64,000 nucleotides of DNA, from assembly GCA_017303535.1 (NCBI GenBank), contig JAFLCO010000001.1, positions 7,446-71,445 of the forward strand, in the 5' to 3' direction. The position numbers were made by a program, and so were the translations under genes. Under the pieces are notes generated by a model. The model saw nothing but the letters and a program-made list of their open reading frames with translations, was not told the origin of the DNA and ran no database searches. Every line of letters starts with the position of its first letter. Within the stretch, counting starts at the first letter, position 1. Source of the stretch: Planctomycetota bacterium (GTDB lineage: Bacteria; Planctomycetota; Planctomycetia; Pirellulales; PNKZ01). Of the stretch, positions 45,483-54,607 are shown in pieces.

Positions 45483-46334
45483 CTACTTCGACGACGTCGG
45501 CGAAAGCGGCCGCGGTTGATAGAAGACCGATCGGCAGTGATGCTTCGGCGCAAATTCCGGGCCGATATCGAGCAACGACTCCGACGAGCCGACGAACAGA
45601 TAGCCGCCCGCATAGAGTTGCTGCTTCAAACGCAGAAAGAGACTCTTTCGAGCCGCGGCCGTGAAATAAATCGCGACGTTACGGCAAAAAATCACGTCGA
45701 ACGTGCCGACGTTCGGAAACGGCTCCAATAGATTGAGCTTGCGAAACGAGGTCAGGGCCCGCACGTCGTCGCGCACGCGCCAGCCGGCGGCGTCACGAAC
45801 GAAGTGGTTTTGCCGAGCGCCTGCGGAGACGCCCCGTTCCATCTCGAAGTTCGTGAAATATCCGCGCGACGCCGCTTGCACGGCGGCGTCCGACACGTCG
45901 GTGCCGAGAATTTGAACGTCCCATTTAGGCAGGTCGGGGATGAGTTCGCGGAGCACCATCACGATGCTATAGGCTTCCTGGCCCGTACTGCACGCGGCCG
46001 ACCAGATACGCAGCCGCCGTGGAGTCGTCGACTTTGCTTTGGCGTCGATCAGTTCCGGCAGCGTCTTGTGCCGCAGCGCCTCGAACGGGGCGGCGTCGCG
46101 AAAGAAAAGGGTTTCGTTCGTCGTGATCGCGTCGATGATGCGGCGATGCAACGATTCATCCCGCTGCGTGCGGGCCTTCTGCGCCAGCTCGTAGTACGTC
46201 GATGCGCCCGCGGCTCGGAGCAGCGGCGCGAGCCGGCTCTCGATCAGATAGCCCTTAGTTTCGTCCAATACGATACCGCAGAGATCGAGCACCAGGGAGC
46301 CGACGGCTTCGATGTCGTCTTTGGTTATCGGCAT
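45483..46334 (-). CDS. cheR: Chemotaxis protein methyltransferase CheR
   Basis: 283 aa. TTNETLFFRD and the SAM motif IWSAACSTGQEAYSI. Overlaps the cheB stop by 10 nt. Confidence 0.9.
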   Translation of the reverse strand: MPITKDDIEAVGSLVLDLCGIVLDETKGYLIESRLAPLLRAAGASTYYELAQKARTQRDESLHRRIIDAITTNETLFFRDAAPFEALRHKTLPELIDAKAKSTTPRRLRIWSAACSTGQEAYSIVMVLRELIPDLPKWDVQILGTDVSDAAVQAASRGYFTNFEMERGVSAGARQNHFVRDAAGWRVRDDVRALTSFRKLNLLEPFPNVGTFDVIFCRNVAIYFTAAARKSLFLRLKQQLYAGGYLFVGSSESLLDIGPEFAPKHHCRSVFYQPRPLSPTSSK

Positions 46335-47398
46335 ACCGCCTCCCGCCGCCGCGTGAACAGCGTGATTTGCTCGGCAATCTTATTAAGTGGGGCCACGACG
46401 TCGACCAAGGCTTCGGCGATCGGCTGGGCCGGCATTCCGAAGACGACGCACGTCGCTTCGTCCTGGGCGATAATCGGCGCGCCGAGCCGCTTGAGTTCGC
46501 GCAGTCCTTTGGTTCCGTCGGAGCCCATGCCCGTCATAATTACGGCGAGCGTTCGTGCGCCGCAGATCTTCGCCGCGGAACGAAACAAATAGTCGACGGC
46601 CGGCCGGCAACTGTTCTCGGGCGGGTCGTCGGAGAGTCGAACGACGAAGTGCGGCGGTTGTCGCTCGATGCGCATGTGTCGTCCGCCGGGAGCGATGACG
46701 ATTTCGCCCGGACCGACGAGCTGGGAATCGACCCCCTCGCTGACGCGTAGACGGCAGCGTTTGTCGAGATCGTCGGCCAGTGATTTGGTGAAAAGCGGCG
46801 GCATGTGCTGAACGACGAACATCGGCACCGGCAGATCGGCCGGAAGTTGCGGCAGCATTTTGCCGAGCGCTTCGGGACCACCCGTGGAGATACCCAGGCA
46901 GACGACCTCGGGCGGCGAACGTTTGACGTCGCCTTCTGCGGCCGTCGTAATCGACGGGCCTGACTGGGCGGGCAAGGCCCGTCGACGACGAGCGTGGAAC
47001 GCCGCGACTTTTTCCGTGAGTTCGGCCGCCAGCAGCGCGTGATTTGCCGCCACGTCGGGGCCGGAGGGCTTGAGAACGAAGTCGAACGCCCCGAGCGAAA
47101 GGGCTTCCATGGTCGTCGCCGCGCCGCCCGAGGTGAAAGCGCTGAGCATCACCACGCCGACGCGTCGGTCGAGAACGCGCAACCGCCGCAGCAACTGCAC
47201 GCCGTCGAGTTCGGGCATCTCGACGTCGAGCGTGATCAGGTCCGGGCGCAACTCCTGAATTTTGTCCAACGCGGCGCGACCGTTGGCCGCCGCGCTGACG
47301 ACTTCAACGTCGGGCATCGAGCGAAGCGTCTCAGCGACGATCTTGCGGTAAATCGCGGCGTCGTCGACGACGAGAACTTTTAACGGGGCGGACATCAT
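46325..47398 (-). CDS. cheB: Chemotaxis response regulator protein-glutamate methylesterase CheB
   Basis: 357 aa. REC domain (VLVVDD...DLITLDVEMPELDG) plus a methylesterase domain (ISTGGPEAL, FVVQHMPP, GMGSDG). Confidence 0.9.
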   Translation of the reverse strand: MMSAPLKVLVVDDAAIYRKIVAETLRSMPDVEVVSAAANGRAALDKIQELRPDLITLDVEMPELDGVQLLRRLRVLDRRVGVVMLSAFTSGGAATTMEALSLGAFDFVLKPSGPDVAANHALLAAELTEKVAAFHARRRRALPAQSGPSITTAAEGDVKRSPPEVVCLGISTGGPEALGKMLPQLPADLPVPMFVVQHMPPLFTKSLADDLDKRCRLRVSEGVDSQLVGPGEIVIAPGGRHMRIERQPPHFVVRLSDDPPENSCRPAVDYLFRSAAKICGARTLAVIMTGMGSDGTKGLRELKRLGAPIIAQDEATCVVFGMPAQPIAEALVDVVAPLNKIAEQITLFTRRREAVCR

Positions 47399-47479
47399 GA
47401 ATTGCGCGGGATATTCGGTCGTGGTGCGAGTCGAGAAAAGCCGCCGCCGCGGCGACGTCGCCGCGGCGGCGCGGCGGGA

Positions 47480-49531
47480 TCAGACCTGGAACTGTCCGAC
47501 CATCGATTGCAACTGCGAGGCCATGGCCGACAACTGACCGCCGGACTGCTTCGTATGCGAAGCTCCGACCGCCGTTTGTTGAGCGGCTTGATCCACGCCG
47601 TTGATGTTCTGCGTGATTTCCTGGCAAGCCGACGCCGACTCGGCGACGTTGCGGGAAACCGTCGCCGCGACCGTGGAGGTTTCGGCGACGTTGCGCGAAA
47701 TCTCTTTCGTGGCGATGCTTTGCTCTTCCACCGCCGCGGCGATGGAGCGGGCCACTTCGTTCACGTTTTTGATGGCCGTGCTGATGAGCCCGATGACGCG
47801 GACGGTCTCGTTCGTCGAGCCTTGCATTCCTTGAATGCGTTGGCGGATCGTATCGGTGGCGGCCGCCGATTGTTTGGCCAACTCCTTGACTTCGGTCGCC
47901 ACGACGGCGAATCCCTTGCCCGCTTCGCCGGCGCGTGCCGCTTCAATCGTGGCGTTGAGCGCCAGCAGGTTCGTCTGATCGGCGATGTCCTGAATGACGT
48001 CGATCACCTTGCCGATTTCGTCGGCCGCGATGCCGAGTTGTTGAACCTTGGCGTTGCTTTCCTCGGCCAACGACGCGGCCTCATCGGCGACGCCCGACGA
48101 ACGCTCGGCGTTCTTGGCGATTTCTCCGACGCTGGCGGTCATTTCCTCGATCGCGGCGGCGACGGTCTTGACGTTGGCCGACATCTGCTCGGTCGACGCG
48201 GCCATGGTCCGCATGTTCGTCGACATTTCTTCGGCGGCCGCCGCGACGTTGGCGGACTGGCGCCGAGCGCCGTCGGCTCCGTCGGCCAGTTCGCCGGCGG
48301 TGGTCGTCAATTCGCCCGATGAAGTTCCCAAGGCGGCGGCGTTGCCGACGATCTTACGGATCATTTCTTGAAGTTTGTCGGCCAGGTTATTCACCGAGTT
48401 TCCAAGCACGCCGACTTCGTCGACGCTGGTAACTTGCAAGCGCTGCGTTAGGTCGCCGCCGGCAATTCTGCCCAGCGTGTCGACCGCACGAACTAAAGGG
48501 CGGGAGATGGCCCTCGCGACGATGTAGCCCGCGGCGGCGACGAGCACCGCGGCGATCACGCCGAGCACGACCATGAACTTGGCCAACGAATTGACCGCGG
48601 CGAACGCCTCTTCGGAACTCTGGCGAATTAACACGCCCCAGCCGTAGCCGGGAAAGCCCAGCGCGCCTTTGCCGGCCGCGTAACCGATGACTTGCTCGGT
48701 TTGTTGGCGCGGGCTGACTTCGACCGTGCTGCCGCTCTTGCCCTCGACGATTCCTTCGGCGGCTTCCAGGCCCGCTTCCGCGAGGTTGTATCGCAGAACC
48801 TGATCTTCGGCTTCATCTTCCAGGAGTAGGCCCGACTTGGAAATCACCTGGGCTTGGATGGACTGGTAACCTTTGTCGGCGAGTTTCTTGGTGAGGTCGC
48901 CGACGATTTCGCCGACGACGCGGTCCCACGACGCCCAGTTGCCCCACACGCGGACGACCTTGCCGTCGGCGTCGACGATCGGCGCGGCGAACGCGAGCGA
49001 CAAGCCGCGACCGCGCGTCACGCCGGCCACGCGGCGATCTTCGGACAGGTCGGCGAAGTACGATTGCCCCGGCTTAACGACGCCGGAAGCCACGTCATCG
49101 AACCACCGTTCTCCCTTGACGCTCTTGCCCAGCAAGTGCGCGGTGTCGACAGGCTTTCCTTCCCGGTCGACCGTGTTGGCGGCGATGATCCGGCCGTCGG
49201 CGTCGGCGACGACCATGAGATCGTAAATACCGTAGGTTTTCGTGTAAAAGTCCGCTGCCTTAGCCACTTCCTTCGTTTCGCCTTGTGCCAGCGGATTGGC
49301 GGCGAAAGCCTGCACGTCGCCGTAGCGTTCAAAGAGGTTGCGTTCGATCTTGTTGACGGTTTCCTCCGCCACGACTTGCACGCGATTGCCCGTCTCCTTG
49401 GCAAGAGCATCTCGCGAACGTTGGTAGGCGCTGTAGCCGATGACGGCGGCAGGCACCAACCCCATCATCAGAAAGCAAACGAGCAGCTTGGCGCCCAAGC
49501 TCTTGAAGCGAAAACGAGATTGTGCGGACAT
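47480..49531 (-). CDS. Methyl-accepting chemotaxis protein with periplasmic Cache-like sensor and HAMP
   Basis: 683 aa. Two TM segments, HAMP, and the highly conserved signalling hairpin [35 protein letters not shown]. Confidence 0.9.
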   Translation of the reverse strand: MSAQSRFRFKSLGAKLLVCFLMMGLVPAAVIGYSAYQRSRDALAKETGNRVQVVAEETVNKIERNLFERYGDVQAFAANPLAQGETKEVAKAADFYTKTYGIYDLMVVADADGRIIAANTVDREGKPVDTAHLLGKSVKGERWFDDVASGVVKPGQSYFADLSEDRRVAGVTRGRGLSLAFAAPIVDADGKVVRVWGNWASWDRVVGEIVGDLTKKLADKGYQSIQAQVISKSGLLLEDEAEDQVLRYNLAEAGLEAAEGIVEGKSGSTVEVSPRQQTEQVIGYAAGKGALGFPGYGWGVLIRQSSEEAFAAVNSLAKFMVVLGVIAAVLVAAAGYIVARAISRPLVRAVDTLGRIAGGDLTQRLQVTSVDEVGVLGNSVNNLADKLQEMIRKIVGNAAALGTSSGELTTTAGELADGADGARRQSANVAAAAEEMSTNMRTMAASTEQMSANVKTVAAAIEEMTASVGEIAKNAERSSGVADEAASLAEESNAKVQQLGIAADEIGKVIDVIQDIADQTNLLALNATIEAARAGEAGKGFAVVATEVKELAKQSAAATDTIRQRIQGMQGSTNETVRVIGLISTAIKNVNEVARSIAAAVEEQSIATKEISRNVAETSTVAATVSRNVAESASACQEITQNINGVDQAAQQTAVGASHTKQSGGQLSAMASQLQSMVGQFQV

Positions 49532-49612
49532 GAAAGTATCTCCCGAGAGGTGCGATGAAAAAAGCGAAATGAGAATCAGAACGATATCGAGCGTGCGCCT
49601 TGCGCGGCGCGG

Positions 49613-50125
49613 TCAGTGCGAACGTGAAGAGACGCGGGGGGCCGAAGGTTTCGCATCGACGTCGTGGCCGGCGAGCGACATCGTCCGTTCGACGTCGAGA
49701 ATCGCCAGCAATCCGTGATCGAGCTTGAAAACGCCTTGAAAGAACTCGCCGTCGGCGCCTGTTAGGTTTTCCGGCAGCGGATGGATCTGTTCGGCGTCGA
49801 CGACGATGACGTCGGATACGCGATCGGCCAGCAAGCCGATCTGCTCGCCGTCGGCATGCACGATGATGTTGCGACGCTCGCGCGAAGGCGCCGAAGCCGG
49901 CAGCCCGAGCACCGTTCGCAGGTCGACGATCGTGACCACGTCGCCCCGCAGGTTGATCACGCCGCAAACGGCCTGCGCGGCATGCGGCACGACGGTCAGG
50001 TTCCAATTGCGATTGATTTCGCGAACGCGGCGGATATCGATGCCGAGCAGCAACTCGCCGACGACGAATGATACGAACTGCAATTCGCCGGCGGGGCTAC
50101 GCGTCAACACGGCTTGGTCGCTCAT
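49613..50125 (-). CDS. cheW: Chemotaxis coupling protein CheW
   Basis: 170 aa. FVSFVVGELLLGIDIRRVREI...GVINLRGDVVTIVDLR. Confidence 0.9.
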   Translation of the reverse strand: MSDQAVLTRSPAGELQFVSFVVGELLLGIDIRRVREINRNWNLTVVPHAAQAVCGVINLRGDVVTIVDLRTVLGLPASAPSRERRNIIVHADGEQIGLLADRVSDVIVVDAEQIHPLPENLTGADGEFFQGVFKLDHGLLAILDVERTMSLAGHDVDAKPSAPRVSSRSH

Positions 50126-50216
50126 AGTGATTCATTCCGAAAACAAGGGTGACATGTCGAAGTCCGGGCGCACCGCAGGCCGCAAAATCGGCCTGGCGGC
50201 GCAAGAACCGGAGAGA

Positions 50217-52829
50217 TTAGGTGGCCACGAGCGCCGGACGGCGGTGCTCGCGCGACGCTTCCTTGAGCAATCGCGACACGGCGCCGAGCAGTTGGTCGCG
50301 ATCCATTTTCACTTGATACTCGTCGACGCCGGCGGCCGAACCGCGATCGACGTCTTCCTGACCGGCTAGAGACGTGAGCGCGATGACCGGCAAATTCGTG
50401 AAGCGCTCCTCGTCCTTGATCCGACGACAAAGTTCAAATCCGTTCAGCCGCGGCATTTCGACGTCGGTGACGACCAGATCATACGGCTCGAGCGATTCGT
50501 TGAGTTCGTCCCAAGCGGCCTGCCCGTCTTCGCAACCGACCGTCTCATGGCCGTGCGATTCGAGAAATACCGTAACTTGGCGACGAAAGAATTCGGAATC
50601 TTCCGCCAACAGAATTCGCGACTTGCGACCCGCTGCGCCCGAGGGCCGCGCGGCGGCGCGGGCCAGTTCCGGATGCGCCAGGCCGGCGAGTTCGAACACG
50701 TCGATGATTCGCGTCGCCTTGCGATCGATCACGACGGAGCCGATTACGCCCGGCTCGCGCAGCGTCGCCGTGTCGGCCCCGGTCGAAAGCTCGACGATGT
50801 CGAGGATATTCGGAACGATGAGGCCGAGTTCCCGCCCCTCGAACTCGAACACCAGAACCGACAGCCGTTGCTGATTCGGTCGCGGCTTCACTCGCAGATG
50901 CCGGTGCATGCTGATGAGCGGTAGCGACGAGTCGCGGTACGTCAGAAACTCCTTCTCGCCGATCATCTCCAATTGGTCTGCGCGAATTCGCTCGATGCGG
51001 CGGATCACGGCCATCGGCACGGCGAAACGTTCGTCGGCGGCGTTCGTAAATAACAAAGCCGGCTGTGTTTCATGTCGGGGTTGTTTGTTTTGGTCTTCCT
51101 CGTTCGACGTCCCCGCATTCGAGTTCGACAGATGCGAATGCCCGGCGATTCCGGCGACGTCGAGGATGAGGGCCACGCGGCCGTCGCCGAGCACCGTGGC
51201 GCCGGCGAGACAACGGCAGTTCTTCAAGTGCCGCCCGAGCGGTTTGACGACGATTTCCTCGGAGTCATGAAGACCGTCGACGGCCAAGCCGTAGCGCAGT
51301 TGATCCGCCTCCACGACGATGACGTTCATGGCGTCGACGGCGTTTGTCGAGGCGACGGAGCACGCTGTGAGCGTGTCGCGCAAGCGGAGTAACGGCAGCA
51401 ATCTGCCGCGCAACCGCAGAACCTCGCGACCGTTGATCCGCTCGACCGGTACGGCGGATTCGCCCGCCTTCACGCGTACCAGTTCGACGATATGGTTCTG
51501 CGGAATCGCAAAGCGCTCGTCGCCGACGTGGACGATGAGCGACGGGATGATCGCCAGCGTCAGCGGCAACTGCACTTGAATGGTCGTGCCCGCTCCCGAT
51601 CGGCTTTCGACGTCGACTGCCCCGCCGATCTTTTCGATGTTGGTTCGCACGACGTCCATGCCGACGCCGCGCCCGCTGACTTCGCTGACCTTCTCCGCCG
51701 TGGAGAGCCCCGGGTGGAAGATGAGCCGCATCGCTTCGCGTTCCGGCATTTCGGACGCTTGTTCGACGGTGAGAATGCCCGCCGCGATCGCCTTCTGTTT
51801 GACCTTGTCGGTATTGATTCCGGCGCCGTCGTCGACGATCGAAATCAGAACCTTGCCGGCTTGATGGCGGGCGGTTAGATGAATCGTTCCGGAGGCCGGC
51901 TTGCCGCGTCGAACGCGATCTTCCGGACGCTCGACGCCGTGATCGAGGGAGTTGCGCACAAGGTGCGTGAGCGGATCTCCGATGGCCTCGAGAATCGTCT
52001 TGTCAAGTTCGACTTCATTGCCTTCGACGACCAGTCGACACTGTTTGCCGAGCAGACCGCTTAAGTCGCGAACTACGCGCGAGAAGCGACTGAAAACTGT
52101 GCCGATCGGCTGCATGCGGGAGTGCATGACCGCCTCCTGCAACTCGCTCGTGATCTGATCGATGCGGGCCGACACGGCGTCGAGGCAAGCGGCGTCGCGA
52201 CTTTCGACGACCTGCAATAGTTGATTGCGGCCGAGAACCAGTTCGCCGGCTAACGTCATGAGTCGATCAAGAATGGCGACCGAAACTCGAATACTCTTTT
52301 CGCCGCCCGCCGGGGATGAAGACGCCGCGGATTTCGCCGCCGACGATTCGTCGGATGACCCTCTTTCGCCCAAATCCTCGCAGGCCACCGGTATCGACGG
52401 CTCCTGGCGCGCCGTGGGTTGATCTTCGGAGTTAAGGGCTCCCTCACGGCTTGCAAGTGCCTGCAGTTCTTGAACATGCGACGAAATGTCGACGTCGTTC
52501 GAATGCTCGACGTCTTGCAGCATACCGCGCAGGCAATCGACGGCCCGCAGCATCGCATCGGTGGTTCGATGCGAAGTCGCAAGTTCGCGAGTTCGCTGCA
52601 AGTTCAGCAGGTTTTCCAACTCGTGGGATAGGTCGCTGATGCGCTCGAATCCCAAGAATCCCGCCGCACCTTTGGTCGAATGCACGGCGCGAAACACGGT
52701 GTTCACAAGTTCGACGTCGAGATTCGCGCCGGCGGCCTCGATGTCGAGCAACCGACGTTCGACGTCGGACAGATGCTCGAGCGACTCGGTCACGAACTCT
52801 TGTGTGAGATCAGAATCGTTGTGCGACAT
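50217..52829 (-). CDS. cheA: Hybrid chemotaxis histidine kinase CheA (Hpt-dimerisation-HATPase-2xCheW-like-REC)
   Basis: 870 aa. Hpt motif FRAVHSTKGAAGFLG. The HATPase boxes are present (HLVRNSLDHG, DDGAGI, GRGVGMD). There are two CheW-like segments (ERFAIPQNHIVEL, ERFAVPMAVIRRI) and a C-terminal receiver (ILLAEDS...DLVVTDVEMPRLNG). Confidence 0.9.
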   Translation of the reverse strand: MSHNDSDLTQEFVTESLEHLSDVERRLLDIEAAGANLDVELVNTVFRAVHSTKGAAGFLGFERISDLSHELENLLNLQRTRELATSHRTTDAMLRAVDCLRGMLQDVEHSNDVDISSHVQELQALASREGALNSEDQPTARQEPSIPVACEDLGERGSSDESSAAKSAASSSPAGGEKSIRVSVAILDRLMTLAGELVLGRNQLLQVVESRDAACLDAVSARIDQITSELQEAVMHSRMQPIGTVFSRFSRVVRDLSGLLGKQCRLVVEGNEVELDKTILEAIGDPLTHLVRNSLDHGVERPEDRVRRGKPASGTIHLTARHQAGKVLISIVDDGAGINTDKVKQKAIAAGILTVEQASEMPEREAMRLIFHPGLSTAEKVSEVSGRGVGMDVVRTNIEKIGGAVDVESRSGAGTTIQVQLPLTLAIIPSLIVHVGDERFAIPQNHIVELVRVKAGESAVPVERINGREVLRLRGRLLPLLRLRDTLTACSVASTNAVDAMNVIVVEADQLRYGLAVDGLHDSEEIVVKPLGRHLKNCRCLAGATVLGDGRVALILDVAGIAGHSHLSNSNAGTSNEEDQNKQPRHETQPALLFTNAADERFAVPMAVIRRIERIRADQLEMIGEKEFLTYRDSSLPLISMHRHLRVKPRPNQQRLSVLVFEFEGRELGLIVPNILDIVELSTGADTATLREPGVIGSVVIDRKATRIIDVFELAGLAHPELARAAARPSGAAGRKSRILLAEDSEFFRRQVTVFLESHGHETVGCEDGQAAWDELNESLEPYDLVVTDVEMPRLNGFELCRRIKDEERFTNLPVIALTSLAGQEDVDRGSAAGVDEYQVKMDRDQLLGAVSRLLKEASREHRRPALVAT

Positions 52830-53385
52830 GAATGATTGCCGTAATCGTTAAGCGTGGCAGGATGTGAGCTTCAGAGCGCCTAGTGCTTTCGAGTAGTTTT
52901 TGCCGACGAGACTTCGAACACTACCACGCGATCGTGCGATCACGACGCATGTGCTCTCTGTTTGCGCGCATTAGCGGCAAACCGCCTGGTGTGGAGTTTG
53001 TGGAAATTACTCTCTCGCGATTTCGCGCGGATGTTTGAACCCGGCGCGAAGTGCTGCCGAAGTGTCGGAGATGAATTCGACATTCGCCGTAGAAGTGCAA
53101 TCGAAGTGATTGCGGCACACGATCGAGCCGGCTGTCGAAGGTGCGATGCTTGGCGATTCGAACGGGCTGCTCGGAAAGCGGACTACCGTTGCCTCGCGGG
53201 GCGAGGTGACCCCCGTTGTGGGGCGATCAAGACACTAACTCGGCTCGCAACGGCGCCGGCGGTGGTTGGCCGTTTATGGTCGGCGGTCCGTCAAAGAAGC
53301 GGAGCGTCGCTCAGAACGAGCCCGCAGTAAATACGGCAATAGCGCACGCCGTCGCGATGTGGCCCCAATGGATAGTTCGTTCGAC

Positions 53386-53425
53386 AAAAAAAGCGGTGGT
53401 CGTTCCGAGAAGAACGACCGCCGCT
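53386..53425 (-). terminator. Rho-independent terminator downstream of the 115-aa secreted-protein gene
   Basis: 14-bp stem agcggtggtcgttc / gaacgaccgccgct (1 mismatch) with loop cgagaa. Seven A on the + strand give U7 after the stem on the - strand. Confidence 0.65.
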
Positions 53426-53474
53426 TGCTTATCGAATTCGCACGACGTGGTGTTGCGTCGTGGTGCGCAACAGC

Positions 53475-53822
53475 TTATTTCCAGGGAGCGCGGATGTAGT
53501 ACGTGCCGAATTGGTTCGTGTCCGTCGGTTGCACCGGCTGCGGTTGGAACGGGCCGCCGATAAATGTGCCGTCGGCGCGACCCGACGGGCCGTACTGGTG
53601 GCTGATGATCGAATGCCGGGTGCCCGAGGCGCCCCACGTGTAGTCGATCTGCCGATGTACGGTCGGCGGCACGACCATCGCGTGAGGCACGCCGGCCCAC
53701 TGCGGATCGTAGTAATTGCCGTGCCACGAGCCGCGATGGCGGAACACGCCCGCCTCCGCCACGTTCGAGATCAGGCAGCAAACGAGCGCCGCCAACGTCA
53801 CGCGCATAACGAATGTCTTCAT
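53475..53822 (-). CDS. Small secreted protein (115 aa), aromatic/His/Pro-rich
   Basis: Internal ATG 53822: MKTFVMRVTLAALVCCLISNVAEA signal. The mature part is GVFRHRGSWHGNYYDPQWAGVPHAMVVPPTV..., followed by a terminator. Confidence 0.5.
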   Translation of the reverse strand: MKTFVMRVTLAALVCCLISNVAEAGVFRHRGSWHGNYYDPQWAGVPHAMVVPPTVHRQIDYTWGASGTRHSIISHQYGPSGRADGTFIGGPFQPQPVQPTDTNQFGTYYIRAPWK

Positions 53823-53886
53823 CCTGCTTGCTCCTCGATCTTCGGGCTTACGGCATCGCGGGCTTTTGGCGTCGCGGGCTTGTGGG

Positions 53887-54198
53887 TTACCAGTAATAGG
53901 CGCGGGTCGTCGTGCGGCCGCCGCCGGGATGCGGGCGACGATAAACGTCGTAATGCGACCACATGAACTTGTGCGGGTAGAACGGCTGGTAGGTGTGCCA
54001 GGTGTTGCCGACCCAGCCCGGCACCGGTACCGGCGCGGGATACATCCGCGAGCCGATCGAGCCGTGGTCTTCGTAGTATTGCTGCGAGATGCCCGGCGCC
54101 GGTTGAGCGATGCCGTATTGCGCTTGGGCTTCGTCGGTCGTCGCAAATAAAGCGGCGGCCAGCGCCATGGCCGGCAGCGCGCGACGCAAAATCAACAT
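53887..54198 (-). CDS. Small secreted protein (103 aa), aromatic/His/Pro-rich
   Basis: MLILRRALPAMALAAALFATTDEAQA signal. The mature part is rich in Y/W/H/P and ends ...RAYYW. Confidence 0.5.
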   Translation of the reverse strand: MLILRRALPAMALAAALFATTDEAQAQYGIAQPAPGISQQYYEDHGSIGSRMYPAPVPVPGWVGNTWHTYQPFYPHKFMWSHYDVYRRPHPGGGRTTTRAYYW

Positions 54199-54415
54199 GG
54201 CGGCGAACTCCGTTAGTTTCGTTCTGGCGTTAAGGCTCGCCGCGGCCGATCTTCGGCTGCGAACGTCGCGCTGGGCGAAGCGTCCTGCCTCGCACGTTCT
54301 CTAAACTCGGCCGGCCGCACGAGGTGGGGTCAAACTTTGTGTCCCGCCTGTAACAACCGGAACCGCCGTAACGACTGCACGCGTCGCTCGCAAAACGCCG
54401 ACGGCATAAGTCGAC

Positions 54416-54445
54416 TTGGGGCCGGCGGGGGTTGCCGACTATAAT
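54416..54445 (+). promoter_or_regulatory. Candidate sigma70-type promoter upstream of top6B
   Basis: TTGGGG-N18-TATAAT. A perfect -10 hexamer in a ~64% GC background, ~160 nt upstream of ATG 54608. Sequence pattern only. Confidence 0.25.
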
Positions 54446-54607
54446 CCGCAAAGTTTACGCATCCTCGGCAGATCGCCAACGGGGCCGTTTCACCCAAGCG
54501 TGCCTGTTGCAAAGACCGAAACTTGAGGTCGGCGGCAACGATGTTCGCCCGTATCCTCAATGCCACGTTTGCCTTACGGAGATTCCGGTTTGACACCGTC
54601 GCCCGCT

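Noticed and set aside
53145-53230. tRNA-like GATTCGAAC (reverse complement of the T-loop consensus) in the 645-bp gap upstream of cheA.
   Set aside because: The flanking 5-nt segments (tggcg / cgggc) are not complementary, so no T-arm forms. No acceptor stem or CCA-proximal pairing could be drawn. I found no convincing tRNA, rRNA, tmRNA, RNase P or SRP RNA motif in any intergenic region.
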